DNA of 32,000 nucleotides from Aeropyrum pernix K1. Its GTDB lineage: Archaea; Thermoproteota; Thermoprotei_A; Sulfolobales; Acidilobaceae. Below, piece by piece: positions 9,415 through 19,216 of this stretch. Both the position numbers and the translations under genes were made by a program. The DNA is taken from assembly GCF_000011125.1 (NCBI RefSeq), contig NC_000854.2, forward strand, positions 870,001 to 902,000. The letters are read 5' to 3'. Position 1 is the first letter of the stretch. The number at the start of each line of letters is the position of its first letter. The notes beneath the pieces were generated by a model. That model was not told the origin of the DNA, made no database searches, and saw only the letters and a program-made list of their open reading frames with translations.

Positions 9415-10318
9415 GGCAATACTATCTTACGAGGTCCTGAGGCTTGTAAAGCGTAAGGCAGTGGCGTTTATGGCGGCGATGGCCGTCCTGCCCGTGCTCG
9501 GAGCCCTAATCGCCGGCTTTATTGCCTCAAGGGAGATAGGTGGGGAGAGGCTGTGGGCCGTACTCATGGGTTTCGACATAGGAACGGGAGCCATGACGGG
9601 GCTCCTGGCCGCTGTAGGGGTTGCGGGGTGGGCGTGGCTCCTCGGCGTCGTTATAGGGGGTGACCTCTTCGCATCCGACATAAGGGATGGCTCTCTCCAG
9701 CTATTCATGCTGAGGCCGGCCAGAAGAGTCTACCCGATAGCAAAGATAGCTGCGGCAGGCCTTTTCTCAATAGCCTTTTACACAGTGGCATCATTGATAG
9801 TCCTCATATCCTCGATAATACTGGGAGGTTGGCAGAGAGACTGGTGGCTAGCTCCATTAACAGGCTTCATCCTAGGCGTCGGCCTCTACCCGGTCATACT
9901 CACCTCGAGCATATTTGGTATAGTCACCAGGAGCCCTATAGCCGGGATGATTTTGGGCGCCGCAGCCTATCTGCTAACGGGAATGGCGGTGAGCTTCGGC
10001 CTCTCAATAATACTGATAGTCGGAGGCATAGGCAACATTGAAGCCTGGATAAGCTTCATCGAGAAGGAAATCCTAGTGTCCGGCGCCATACCCTACCTAG
10101 CCGGAACTAACCTACCATCGATAATATACTATGCAGTCACACTGGGCAACAGTTTCACACCCATACCTCTGCCCGCCGTAGGCGGTAGCGGGCAGGTTAC
10201 AATAACCCTGGAGCTCAAGCCCCTCGACGTACTCCCCCTTTACACTGCATCACTGGTGACAGGCACACTGGCACTGGCTACGATAAACCTGGCTCTGCTC
10301 AGGCGGCTTGAGGTATGA
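9386..10318 (+). CDS. ABC transporter permease (ABC-2-like)
   Basis: 310 aa with about six TM segments. It overlaps the ATPase gene by 29 nt. Motif GGDLFASDIRDGSLQLFMLRPARRVYPIAK is typical of ABC-2 permeases. Confidence 0.85.
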   Translation: MQAMAWEEAKAILSYEVLRLVKRKAVAFMAAMAVLPVLGALIAGFIASREIGGERLWAVLMGFDIGTGAMTGLLAAVGVAGWAWLLGVVIGGDLFASDIRDGSLQLFMLRPARRVYPIAKIAAAGLFSIAFYTVASLIVLISSIILGGWQRDWWLAPLTGFILGVGLYPVILTSSIFGIVTRSPIAGMILGAAAYLLTGMAVSFGLSIILIVGGIGNIEAWISFIEKEILVSGAIPYLAGTNLPSIIYYAVTLGNSFTPIPLPAVGGSGQVTITLELKPLDVLPLYTASLVTGTLALATINLALLRRLEV

Positions 10319-10420
10319 CCACCGGGCGTTAGCGCCAGACATGTTTAATCTTGTTACTCCCCGGTTCCGGGCATTATAGCTTATAACCTTTTACCAATCG
10401 GAAGCATGTAGGCAGGGTTT

Positions 10421-11773
10421 ATGGGTCTGGGCAATACCCCCGAGAAAGGAGGGGGCCTAGGAGCCCTTGAGTATACTTTTATTATGTTCAGCATGGCATC
10501 CTGCCTGCCACTTTTCTTCCTAGGCCCCATAGCCTTCAACCTCGGCCTCTCGCTTCAAGAGGCTCTACTGGCAGCACTGGTAGGAAACCTGGTAGTGGCA
10601 GTGGCAATGGCGCTCAACGGGCATGCAGGGATTAAGCACAAGATAGACTTTCCAGAGCAGGCCGTAAGAAGCCTAGGAGAGCTCACTGGCAAGGCGGCTG
10701 TGGTGATGAGAGGGCTAGTGGGTGCTATGTGGTTCGGGGTGGAAGCCTACAACGGCGCCCTAGCCCTAAACCTAATACTCCTCTTCGCCCTAGGGCTTAC
10801 TGGAGCAGCGCTGCTGGAGAAGGCCACGGTCCTCATACCAGCAGCTCTAGTACTCTACCTTGGCTCCATGTATCTAGTCCTAAAGCTAGGGGTAAAGGGT
10901 ATAGGGAAGGCTGCCACCCTCGCGGGACCCCTTCTGCTCCTCTACTTCGCATGGCTCTGGATCTGGATGAAGAACTCTGGGTTCCAGCCGTCCGAGGCAC
11001 CCAAGGGTGTAGGCTTGCTAAGCTCAGCCTTCCTAATCTACCTGGCGATACAGACAAACTGGTGGGCGACCGTTGCGGTGAACATAAGCGACCTTTCCCG
11101 TGAGGCCAAGAGCTGGGGCGCCCTCTGGATCGGAGTCATGCTTGGCATGGTGGGAGGCCAGCTTATAGGTACCTACCTCAGCTACGAGCTAGTCTTGCTA
11201 ACCGGGAAAACGCTACCGCAGGAGATCATAACAGAGTTCGCTCCAGGAGCTATAGCAGTCCTTCTAGGGCTGGCCTTCGCCTTTCTCGCACCCTGGACAA
11301 CAGATCTAACGGCCAATCTACCCCCGATGATAGATATACTGAAAAGCATTTTCGGGATGAGCTGGAAGAGGGCCAGCCTCCTCTCGGCAGCGGCAGGCTT
11401 CGTGCTGGCTCCATGGTGGCTGCTGGACAACGCACCCCAGATAGTAGGCTATGTAACCTCCTTCGCAGCAAGCTACGGTGTAATACTAGGCCCGATACTC
11501 GGTGCACTCCTCGCAGCACACTGGGTAGGAGGCCTAAACAGGCCCCCCAACCCAAGTTACAAGCCAGTTATACTACCCACTACAGCCGGCCTACTAGCAG
11601 GCCTCATAGTCTCATACGCAATAGCCTACCCGCTGGGTATGGTAACCAGCGTCCTCGGAGTACCATTCCCGCAGGGGCCAATATGGTACGTGGGAGTCGC
11701 CGTGAGTGTGATTGCAGCCGCCCTGCTTCTCAAACTTGTCCCAGCTAAAGTTAAGTTCAAGAACGAGACGTAA
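10421..11773 (+). CDS. NCS1-type nucleobase/cytosine-purine permease
   Basis: 450 aa with about 12 TM segments. ATVAVNISDLSREAKSWGALWIGVMLG and LAPWTTDLTANLPPMID resemble NCS1 family motifs. Confidence 0.75.
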   Translation: MGLGNTPEKGGGLGALEYTFIMFSMASCLPLFFLGPIAFNLGLSLQEALLAALVGNLVVAVAMALNGHAGIKHKIDFPEQAVRSLGELTGKAAVVMRGLVGAMWFGVEAYNGALALNLILLFALGLTGAALLEKATVLIPAALVLYLGSMYLVLKLGVKGIGKAATLAGPLLLLYFAWLWIWMKNSGFQPSEAPKGVGLLSSAFLIYLAIQTNWWATVAVNISDLSREAKSWGALWIGVMLGMVGGQLIGTYLSYELVLLTGKTLPQEIITEFAPGAIAVLLGLAFAFLAPWTTDLTANLPPMIDILKSIFGMSWKRASLLSAAAGFVLAPWWLLDNAPQIVGYVTSFAASYGVILGPILGALLAAHWVGGLNRPPNPSYKPVILPTTAGLLAGLIVSYAIAYPLGMVTSVLGVPFPQGPIWYVGVAVSVIAAALLLKLVPAKVKFKNET

Positions 11774-11885
11774 CGGTGTTCCAAGTTCCAAACTACCCTC
11801 TAAACCCACATGTTTTTAACCAAGCAAAAACAAGTCCCATGCTACTAAACAGTAGACGATAAATTCAAGCCGGATTTTTAGCTTC

Positions 11886-11960
11886 TGGTGCCGCCGCGGG
11901 GATTCGAACCCCGGACCACCCGGTCTTCAGCCGGGCGCTCTCCCGCTGAGCTACGGCGGC
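11886..11960 (-). tRNA. tRNA-Phe(GAA), CCA encoded
   Basis: Reverse strand reads GCCGCCG TAGCTCAGCGGGAGAGC G CCCGG CTGAAGA CCGGG TGGTC CGGGG TTCGAAT CCCCG CGGCGGC A CCA. All stems pair and the anticodon is GAA. Confidence 0.96.
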
Positions 11961-11993
11961 AGCTTATACCCACCGCTCTAGAATTCTGGCGGG

Positions 11994-12008
11994 AGGTTTT
12001 TAACCTTA
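11994..12008 (-). promoter_or_regulatory. Possible TATA-like element upstream of tRNA-Phe
   Basis: On the reverse strand TAAGGTTAAAAACCT is an AT-rich island about 35-45 nt 5' of the tRNA start, inside otherwise GC-rich DNA. Confidence 0.35.
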
Positions 12009-12034
12009 AACGGGCTGGGAACAGTGATTCCCTC

Positions 12035-12694
12035 TTACCTACCCATGGGCCTCCTCCGCGTAGAGAACCATTGAACAGCCCTGTCCAAGTCCTCTCTTGT
12101 GAAGTCTGGCCAGAGCTTGTCTATGAAGTAAAGCTCGGCATACCTAGTTAGGAGGGGGAAGAAGCTGCTAAGCCTCTTTTCACCCCCCGTTCTTATTACC
12201 AGGTCTATCTCGTCCAGCAGTCTGCTGGGAAGGGTTTTGGGGGTGTAATGCTCTATCTCCCAGAAGGGGTCGTAGCAGAGGCCAGCCACAACCCTCCTAC
12301 CATCAGGTAGGCTTCCCTTCTTGAGGTACATGTCGAAGTGGTATGGGGCCAGGCTCTCCCTTATATTGTCTGGCAGGTTGGGGTGGTTAATATCGCCCAC
12401 TATGACAAGGGATGCCCCTCCTTTCTCGATCTCGGCTATATCCCTCTCTATGGACCTCCTCATTATCCTGTATAATATTGAAAGCTCGGCCCTACTCCTC
12501 TTGCTGCAGTTGTCCCTGCTTAGTACGTAGAGATATACAGACCGGATAGCCGGGTAGAAGTCCCTTATATAGGTGAGTATTCTCTTGACGTTTCTGTACC
12601 CTGTGTAATACGCTATGTAAAGATTCTCTCCGCGTAGGCTAGCCCACCTGCGGTTGCCGTCAGGTATTATACCTATCGCTCTGGGCTGTCCCAT
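12035..12694 (-). CDS. uppS: Cis-prenyltransferase (polyprenyl/undecaprenyl diphosphate synthase family)
   Basis: 219 aa. IGIIPDGNRRWA, VYVLSRDNCSKRS, and the C-terminal motif DLVIRTGGEKRLSSFFPL...AELYFIDKLWPDFT. Confidence 0.93.
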   Translation of the reverse strand: MGQPRAIGIIPDGNRRWASLRGENLYIAYYTGYRNVKRILTYIRDFYPAIRSVYLYVLSRDNCSKRSRAELSILYRIMRRSIERDIAEIEKGGASLVIVGDINHPNLPDNIRESLAPYHFDMYLKKGSLPDGRRVVAGLCYDPFWEIEHYTPKTLPSRLLDEIDLVIRTGGEKRLSSFFPLLTRYAELYFIDKLWPDFTREDLDRAVQWFSTRRRPMGR

Positions 12695-12893
12695 AGTGCA
12701 GCAACCTCTCGGCCCGCCGTCTGAGTCTGAGGCCTGTGGATGTTTTGTGATAAGCTGCTGTAAAAACGTTTAGGGTTGCAAGATATGCCTAAACAGGTCT
12801 AAACTTCCCTGGGCAGAGGGATCTTGGTGGGAGCCGTCAGTATTTTCGCCTAATACTCTGCTAATATCCTTCCACTACTCATTAATAAATCTG

Positions 12894-14165
12894 GTGGAGG
12901 TCTTGGCCTTGCAGCCCACGGACCCTCTTGAGGAGGCTCGCGCGCAGCTCAGGAGAGCTGTAGACCTTCTGGGCTACGATGACTATGTTTATGAAGTTCT
13001 CGCAAACCCGGACAGAGTTCTACAGGTAAGGGTCACTATTAAGATGGATGACGGTACTGTCAAGACGTTCCTCGGCTGGAGGAGCCAGCACAATAGCGCG
13101 CTAGGCCCCTACAAAGGCGGTGTTAGGTACCACCCCAACGTTACTATGAATGAGGTGATAGCCCTTAGCATGTGGATGACGTGGAAGAACAGCCTCGCCG
13201 GCCTGCCTTATGGGGGAGGTAAGGGGGGTGTTAGGGTTAACCCTAAGATACTCTCCCCCAGGGAGCTTGAACTCCTGTCTAGGAAGTATTTCGAGAGTAT
13301 AAGTGATATAGTTGGGGTGGACCAGGACATTCCCGCGCCCGACGTCTACACGGATCCCCAGGTCATGTCTTGGTTCCTAGACGAGTATAATAGGGTGAAG
13401 AGGGGCCAGTTCTTCGGCGTTGTCACTGGCAAGCCAGTCGAGCTCGGCGGCCTCAACGCTAGAATAGTGTCCACGGGCTACGGGGTGGCAGTGTCGACAA
13501 GAGTCGCCGCAGAAAAGTTTCTAGGAGGCCTCGAGGGAAGAACAGTCGCGGTCCAGGGCTACGGGAACGTGGGATACTATGCCGCCAAGTTCCTAGCAGA
13601 GATGGGTGCTAAGATCGTTGCAGTAAGCGACAGCCGAGGCGGCATTTACGACCCTGAGGGCATAGACCCGGAGGAGGCTTTGAAGGTGAAGAGGAGCACG
13701 GGCACGGTGGCTAACTATCAGCGGGGCAAGAAGATCTCGACAATGGAGATACTAGAGCTGCCCGTTGACATTCTAGTCCCGGCCGCCATAGAGGAGGTCA
13801 TTACCGACGAGAATGCGGATAGGATTAAGGCGAAGATTATATCGGAGGGAGCCAACGGCCCCACTACCACTGCGGCCGAGAAAATACTTGTAAAGAAGGG
13901 CGTCTTAGTGCTCCCGGACATACTGGCAAACGCTGGCGGTGTTATAATGAGTCATATAGAGTGGGTGAACAACAGGATGGGCGGGTGGATCACGGACGAG
14001 GAAGCTCTGAAGAAGCTCGAGCAGAAGATGGTTGAGAACACGAAGACGGTAATAACATACTGGGAGAAGAACCTCAAGCCGGAGGAGAACAGCCTCAGGG
14101 ACGCTGCCTACATGATAGCTGTGGAAAGGGTGTTTAGAGCCATGAAGCTAAGGGGCTGGATCTAA
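12894..14165 (+). CDS. gdhA: Glutamate dehydrogenase
   Basis: 423 aa. GPYKGGVRYHPNV, GLPYGGGKGGV, VPAPDVYTDPQVMSWFLDEY, VAVQGYGNVG, EGANGPTTTAAEKIL. Confidence 0.96.
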   Translation: MEVLALQPTDPLEEARAQLRRAVDLLGYDDYVYEVLANPDRVLQVRVTIKMDDGTVKTFLGWRSQHNSALGPYKGGVRYHPNVTMNEVIALSMWMTWKNSLAGLPYGGGKGGVRVNPKILSPRELELLSRKYFESISDIVGVDQDIPAPDVYTDPQVMSWFLDEYNRVKRGQFFGVVTGKPVELGGLNARIVSTGYGVAVSTRVAAEKFLGGLEGRTVAVQGYGNVGYYAAKFLAEMGAKIVAVSDSRGGIYDPEGIDPEEALKVKRSTGTVANYQRGKKISTMEILELPVDILVPAAIEEVITDENADRIKAKIISEGANGPTTTAAEKILVKKGVLVLPDILANAGGVIMSHIEWVNNRMGGWITDEEALKKLEQKMVENTKTVITYWEKNLKPEENSLRDAAYMIAVERVFRAMKLRGWI

Positions 14166-14181
14166 GGGGTTGTCCAGGGCG

Positions 14182-14766
14182 CTAAACGTGAGATCCTGTT
14201 CCAGCCTTGCTGTAGCAAACTCTAACGGCCTCTCCCAAAACCCTTCTTACACCCTTGTCATGCTCGACGAGCCCCCTGTACCCGGGGGAGGGGGCTTCAA
14301 CAAGTCTGTAGGACTTCCCTCCCGAAGTCTTTTCAATCTCTAGTGATACGCCGCCCCACATCATCCCCTGATACTCCCCGATTTCCAGTTCGAGTATCGC
14401 CGAGGCCAAGGATGCTGCTCTAAGTGCTTCGACATACTCTCTCCCCGCCCTATCAAGTTCACTCCGGGAGAACGGGTTAATCAGGGCGGCTAGCTTCGCC
14501 CTGAAAACCCTGTAGGGGCTTGGCCTGCTACGGGCTATATCCCTCAGGCCTTCTATCACCTCCTCCGGACTTGCCTTTGGCTTTAGAAAACAATCACCAA
14601 TCTTGTTCTTGGTTAGTCTTGAGGCGGGAACCACCAGTAGGCTTCTCCTGAAATCTGCCTCAACAGCCCTCCAAAGGCTCGCGTCCACGCCCAGCCTGCC
14701 TTGCCCCTTTTTAGTTACGAATACGTGGAAGGGTATTGCTAGCCTAACTATTTCCGCCCCCGCCAA
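14182..14766 (-). CDS. Hypothetical protein
   Basis: 194-aa ORF that overlaps the start-distal end of the downstream-on-plus DUF1028 ORF by 23 nt. Same strand, likely co-transcribed. No family recognised. Confidence 0.65.
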   Translation of the reverse strand: MAGAEIVRLAIPFHVFVTKKGQGRLGVDASLWRAVEADFRRSLLVVPASRLTKNKIGDCFLKPKASPEEVIEGLRDIARSRPSPYRVFRAKLAALINPFSRSELDRAGREYVEALRAASLASAILELEIGEYQGMMWGGVSLEIEKTSGGKSYRLVEAPSPGYRGLVEHDKGVRRVLGEAVRVCYSKAGTGSHV

Positions 14767-15649
14767 CCCTTCTAGCCTCCTCTATAAGGAATCTGTAGAC
14801 GGTTCCCCATATGTAGCCGTCTCTCCTAATCTTGTTTTCGAAATTGTTGATGGCCATCCAGGACTCCAGGGCTTGGAGAAGTTCCTTGGACGCCCTGCCC
14901 GTGAAGGGGCCCTTGTAGTATCCTAGGGCTGCGAGTGCTTTCTCCAGCTCGCCCGCTACATCTTCTATTTTAACAACATCGCTCGGGTCCTCTCTCTCGA
15001 GTATCGTTATTTCCCAAATCTTGAAGAGGCGTAACAGCTCGTTGACGGCATCTGGGTGGTGGTCAACTCTGAGGTCTACGTATTTGCCCACGCCCTCCTC
15101 GCAGCCGCCGTACCCGCCGCACGGCTTATACACTATTACAGCGGCGCTCTCCCGCCCCCTTCTATCCCCGCCCGCCCTATCGCCAGCAGCCAGCGCCGCC
15201 AGCAGCTTGTCTACAAGCTCTCCCTTAGTGGACTCATAGGCTTTTGCCATAGACTCTATGACCTCGGGCCCTGTAAGAATGTTGCCCTGAACAGCGAAAC
15301 CGTCTCCCACAATATGGCCTGCATACTCGATGCACTCCCTACCTGTAAATGCGTAGGCCTCTCCTCCAGAAGACACTACTCCTATCTGCCTCATCTCCCG
15401 TCTCGAATCGCCAGTGAGAACCATCTCAACAGCTCTCCTCGGGGTGTACCCTAGCTCTAGGAGCCTAAGCAGTGCAGGCCCGAACTTCACGTTGGCCCAA
15501 GACTGTGTCGCCACAGCACCGACACCGAGCTGGACCCAGGGGACTATGGAGCCGGCGGCGATAAACTTTGACGCAACAGCGACACCAACTTCCCCAGTCT
15601 CCGGGTTAACAGCAACTATGGAGAAAGTCATGCCGCAACACTCCTCCAT
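14744..15649 (-). CDS. DUF1028 family protein (Ntn-hydrolase-like) with extra C-terminal domain, true start probably the internal Met at 15631
   Basis: MTFSIVAVNPETGEVGVAVASKFIAAGSIVPWVQLGVGAVATQSWANVKFGP...YAGHIVGDGFAVQGNIL is the characteristic DUF1028 sequence. Confidence 0.9.
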   Translation of the reverse strand: MEECCGMTFSIVAVNPETGEVGVAVASKFIAAGSIVPWVQLGVGAVATQSWANVKFGPALLRLLELGYTPRRAVEMVLTGDSRREMRQIGVVSSGGEAYAFTGRECIEYAGHIVGDGFAVQGNILTGPEVIESMAKAYESTKGELVDKLLAALAAGDRAGGDRRGRESAAVIVYKPCGGYGGCEEGVGKYVDLRVDHHPDAVNELLRLFKIWEITILEREDPSDVVKIEDVAGELEKALAALGYYKGPFTGRASKELLQALESWMAINNFENKIRRDGYIWGTVYRFLIEEARRVGGGGNS

Positions 15650-15813
15650 TGGTCTAGAAAGAGTTCTGTCTGGAATTTAAGTCGTGAAGATGGTCTGAGC
15701 GGTGTTGGAGGGACGGTATTTACACTATCTATACATGGACAGTTGATAGGAAGTAAACCTTTAAATATAGTGTCCACGCATCTATCCACAACTAGACCTT
15801 ACCCTAGTGCGGG

Positions 15814-18072
15814 GTGTTCCCGGGTTTGGCGTTAGAGGATAGAAGGCTGTTGATAGCCGGTGCGGTAGTGGTTGTGATAGTCATACTAGCTGCAGTATAC
15901 CTAATGGGCGGCGGCGAGGGGGCTCCTGAGACTGTAACCTCGCCTACTGAGACAACAACACCAGCGGCCACGACACCCACCGAGACAGGTACTGAGACGC
16001 CCACTGAGACACAGCCTGCCCAGACTACCCCGGCTGAGACTACAACTCCGGAAGGACCTCAGGCTATGGTTATAGAGACTAGCAAAGCCTTCGTAGTTGT
16101 GGGACCGGTGGGAGCTTATGTCCCCGACTTCGACCCCAAGGGCAAGCCGGTTATAGCTGTGAAGTTCCAGGTCGACGAGGAGAATACCAAGCCCGTGGAG
16201 GAGTCTGTCTCCTTCGTCGACATAAACCCCGCTTTCTACAGGAACGAGTACGCGGACGCCCTTATCATGGTGGGTAGAAAGTCGGCCGACCCGTTTATAA
16301 GAGAGGCTGTCTACGAGGCAGTGTACAAGCTGAGCAACGAGGAGGTCCCCATACTTTGGCTGGGCCAGTATAAAGTAGTGTTCGTATACTGGAGCTGGGT
16401 TAAGGGGCTCTACTACCACCCGACTCTGGACATAAGGTTCGACCTCATAAGCGAGGATCCGAACGCCCCAGTAGTTGACCTGGGCTTCGGCGGCTACTCT
16501 AACGGGCCTAACACCTGGGTTGACGTGACTTTCGGCTGGCCCGACACGTTCGACCCTGCGGCAGACTATGAGACGTTCGGCTGGCACATATGGCATAACA
16601 TCGGCCAGACCCTTGTGACGTTCTGGAAGGACGAGACCACAGAACTCACACCGGAACTCGCCGTAGCATGGGCCCACAACGAGGACTCTACCGAATGGTA
16701 CTTCGTGATACGGGGTGGTGTGAAAGCGTTCGACAACTGGAACAACAAGACCTATGATGTGACGGCGGTCGACGTTCTATTCACCATCTGGAGGATAGCG
16801 AGGCTGAGCCTAGACCCAAGCTGGATGATAACGGAATTCGTCGACGTCAACAACAGTCAGGTCCTCACCGAAGAAGAGTTTAACCAGCTCCTCGGCCAGG
16901 GAGGCATCTACGCATCCTACGGCGGCTTCAGTGGCGAGGTAAAGAGCCTTGACGAGCTCCTCCAGGCATTCGGCTACAGCGGTGGCACGGCGGGTGTTGT
17001 CAAGATAAAGCTCTACTACCCCTACGCTCCCATCCTTAGCATATTCGCCGATCCCTTCACAAGCGTCATACCCATGAAGTACATATTCGATAATGTTGAG
17101 GAGCTTCAGGGCAAGTATGAGGAGGCCCTGGAGGCTTCTAACTACGGCAAGAACCCGGCGGCGTGGGAGGCCTATATAGGGACTGGTGAGAACGAGCCAA
17201 GCCACATCCTCCTCCACCAGAAACCCATAGCGACAGGCCCCTACTATGTGAAGGACTATAAGGAGGGCAGCTACATAATACTCGAGTACAACCCATACTA
17301 CTGGAATAAGGAGCTCTGGCAGGACCTCTACGGGCAGGACAAACCACAGCACGAGCTTGCCATCTTCCTGATAAACGATGACGCCGTATCTAGGATAGAG
17401 ACGATGAAGAGCGGGCAGGCAGACACCGGCGCCATACCTCTTGACAGGCTGGAGGACATCAAAGGATACGCTTTGGAGGGCACGAACTTCCAGATAATAG
17501 TCGAGGAGAAGGGCTTATCGCCCGTGATCGTCTTCATAGTGCTCAACGCGATGAAGGAGCCGTTCAACAACACAAAGGTTAGGCAGGCTCTAATGTACGC
17601 CATACCCTTCGACCAGATAAAGACATCGGTGTACGCTGGATACATAGAAAGGCTCAACGGCGTCCTACCAGCAGGCTTCCTCGGCCATAACGACGATATA
17701 GTGACACAGTACGAGTTCAACATAGTTAAGGCTAGGGAGCTGATCAAGGAGAGCGGCATCAACCCCTCGGACTACACGATAAAAATCTGGTACAACAAGG
17801 GCAATACGCAGAGGGAGAAGGTTGCTAACATGCTGAAGACGATATGGGGCAACCTAGGTTTCAACGTAGTGGTAGAGCCCCTCGAGTGGCCCACACTACT
17901 CTCCAGGACCGAGAAGGGCGACTTCGACGTATGGATAGTTGGATGGGCCCCAGACTACTTAGACCCGGACAACTATGCTGGTCCCCTGTTCTACGGCGGA
18001 ACCAAGTTTACGGTACTGGATGTAAACCAGTTCCAGAGCCTAAGCGAGCTAAGAGCGTTCTTCTCCGGCTAA
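15814..18072 (+). CDS. Extracellular solute-binding protein, peptide/oligopeptide ABC transporter family 5
   Basis: 752 aa with an N-terminal TM anchor and a Thr/Pro/Glu-rich linker. FVLNAMKEPFNNTKVRQALMYAIPFDQI and ANMLKTIWGNLGFNVVVEPLEWPTL are typical of SBP_bac_5. It is followed by matching transporter genes. Confidence 0.93.
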   Translation: MFPGLALEDRRLLIAGAVVVVIVILAAVYLMGGGEGAPETVTSPTETTTPAATTPTETGTETPTETQPAQTTPAETTTPEGPQAMVIETSKAFVVVGPVGAYVPDFDPKGKPVIAVKFQVDEENTKPVEESVSFVDINPAFYRNEYADALIMVGRKSADPFIREAVYEAVYKLSNEEVPILWLGQYKVVFVYWSWVKGLYYHPTLDIRFDLISEDPNAPVVDLGFGGYSNGPNTWVDVTFGWPDTFDPAADYETFGWHIWHNIGQTLVTFWKDETTELTPELAVAWAHNEDSTEWYFVIRGGVKAFDNWNNKTYDVTAVDVLFTIWRIARLSLDPSWMITEFVDVNNSQVLTEEEFNQLLGQGGIYASYGGFSGEVKSLDELLQAFGYSGGTAGVVKIKLYYPYAPILSIFADPFTSVIPMKYIFDNVEELQGKYEEALEASNYGKNPAAWEAYIGTGENEPSHILLHQKPIATGPYYVKDYKEGSYIILEYNPYYWNKELWQDLYGQDKPQHELAIFLINDDAVSRIETMKSGQADTGAIPLDRLEDIKGYALEGTNFQIIVEEKGLSPVIVFIVLNAMKEPFNNTKVRQALMYAIPFDQIKTSVYAGYIERLNGVLPAGFLGHNDDIVTQYEFNIVKARELIKESGINPSDYTIKIWYNKGNTQREKVANMLKTIWGNLGFNVVVEPLEWPTLLSRTEKGDFDVWIVGWAPDYLDPDNYAGPLFYGGTKFTVLDVNQFQSLSELRAFFSG

Positions 18073-18204
18073 GCTATAGCAGCGAGGAGGCCTAAATCAA
18101 TAAACATTTTTTATGCACACAAGCCCTTGCCATGAAGCATCGTGGATATACCTTTTCCTCCCGTATATGTCGTGTGGATAGTGGAGAGCTGAAGACCGGG
18201 CAGG

Positions 18205-19215
18205 GTGAGAGTGGGAGTGTCGAACCTTACCCGCTTCCTGGTGAGGCGCCTCCTGACGTTCATACCCACGCTAGTGGGAGTGACTTTCGTCACGTTTCTA
18301 ATAGCCACGGTAGTTCCGGGAAATCCTGCTAAGCTCTGGGCAGGCGGTGAGAAGGCCAGCCCTGAGGTTGTGGAGCAGATTGTGAGGGAATATAGGCTAG
18401 ACAGGCCGTTCTGGGAGCAGTACTTCTTCTTCATGTACAAGCTCCTTACTAACACTATGATTAGCCCCGTCACCAGTAATTATGTGTGGGATATGATAGT
18501 TGAACGCCTCCCGGTGACTATACAGCTCACGCTTCTTGCCTTCGTTTTCATAATCCTGCTAGGCATACCGCTAGGCATAATATCCGCCTTGACTAGGGAT
18601 ACTATAATAGACGCTGCAATCAGGATAATGGCGCTCGTGGGCATTTCCGTCCCAATCTTCTGGCTAGCTTATCTACTGATATTCGTTTTCTACACGAAAT
18701 ACAGGCTAATAACCCTAGCAGGAACGCCCGAGCCGCCTTACTCGATAACCGGGATACCCCTTATAGACTCCATTATAATGCTTGACGCGGCCACCTTCGA
18801 GGACGTGCTAAGGCGCTACACAATACCAGCCTTCACTCTAGCATACCCAAGTATAGGCTTCGTGGCTAGGCTTGTCAGAAACAGCTTCCTAGACGCCATG
18901 AGCGGTGACTACGTCGAGTTCATGGACGCCAGGGGACTGCCCTCGACATGGAAGTACAGGCACATACTGAGGAACTCCTCAATCCCAATAGTTACTGTCT
19001 TAGGCCTCATCTTCGGCGGTCTCCTGACGGGAGCTCCGATAACTGAGACCATATTCGGGCTACCCGGCCTAGGAAAGTTCCTGCTCGACAGCATCAACAA
19101 CTACGACTACCTATCCCTAATGGGCGGAGTCCTGTTCGTCGGTATCATATACCTAACAGTTAACCTGCTCGTTGATATAACCTACGCGATAATTGACCCG
19201 AGGGTGAGGTACTAA
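18205..19215 (+). CDS. Peptide ABC transporter permease (DppB/OppB-like)
   Basis: FLVRRLLTFIPTLVGVTFVTFLI...GLPSTWKYRHILRNSSIPIVTVLGLIFGGLLTGAPITETIFGLPGLGKFLLDSI. Confidence 0.95.
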   Translation: MRVGVSNLTRFLVRRLLTFIPTLVGVTFVTFLIATVVPGNPAKLWAGGEKASPEVVEQIVREYRLDRPFWEQYFFFMYKLLTNTMISPVTSNYVWDMIVERLPVTIQLTLLAFVFIILLGIPLGIISALTRDTIIDAAIRIMALVGISVPIFWLAYLLIFVFYTKYRLITLAGTPEPPYSITGIPLIDSIIMLDAATFEDVLRRYTIPAFTLAYPSIGFVARLVRNSFLDAMSGDYVEFMDARGLPSTWKYRHILRNSSIPIVTVLGLIFGGLLTGAPITETIFGLPGLGKFLLDSINNYDYLSLMGGVLFVGIIYLTVNLLVDITYAIIDPRVRY

Positions 19216-19216
19216 G

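Noticed and set aside
15056-15454. 132-aa plus-strand ORF
   Set aside because: It is antisense to the DUF1028 gene, whose family motifs are unambiguous.
15678-15720. GTGAAGA...CTGA as a possible C/D sRNA upstream of the binding-protein gene
   Set aside because: The spacing between the putative C and D' boxes is only about 4 nt and no convincing C'/D follows.
15901-16677. 258-aa minus-strand ORF
   Set aside because: It is fully antisense to the well-supported solute-binding protein gene (15814-18072). Its composition is typical of shadow ORFs in GC-rich DNA, with many Arg, Leu, Gly and Val and no motifs.
18073-18204. Gap before the DppB-like gene as a possible split in the transporter operon or a small ORF (18132-18332)
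   Set aside because: The 66-aa ORF overlaps the permease start out of frame and has no motif. The gap looks like an ordinary intergenic leader.
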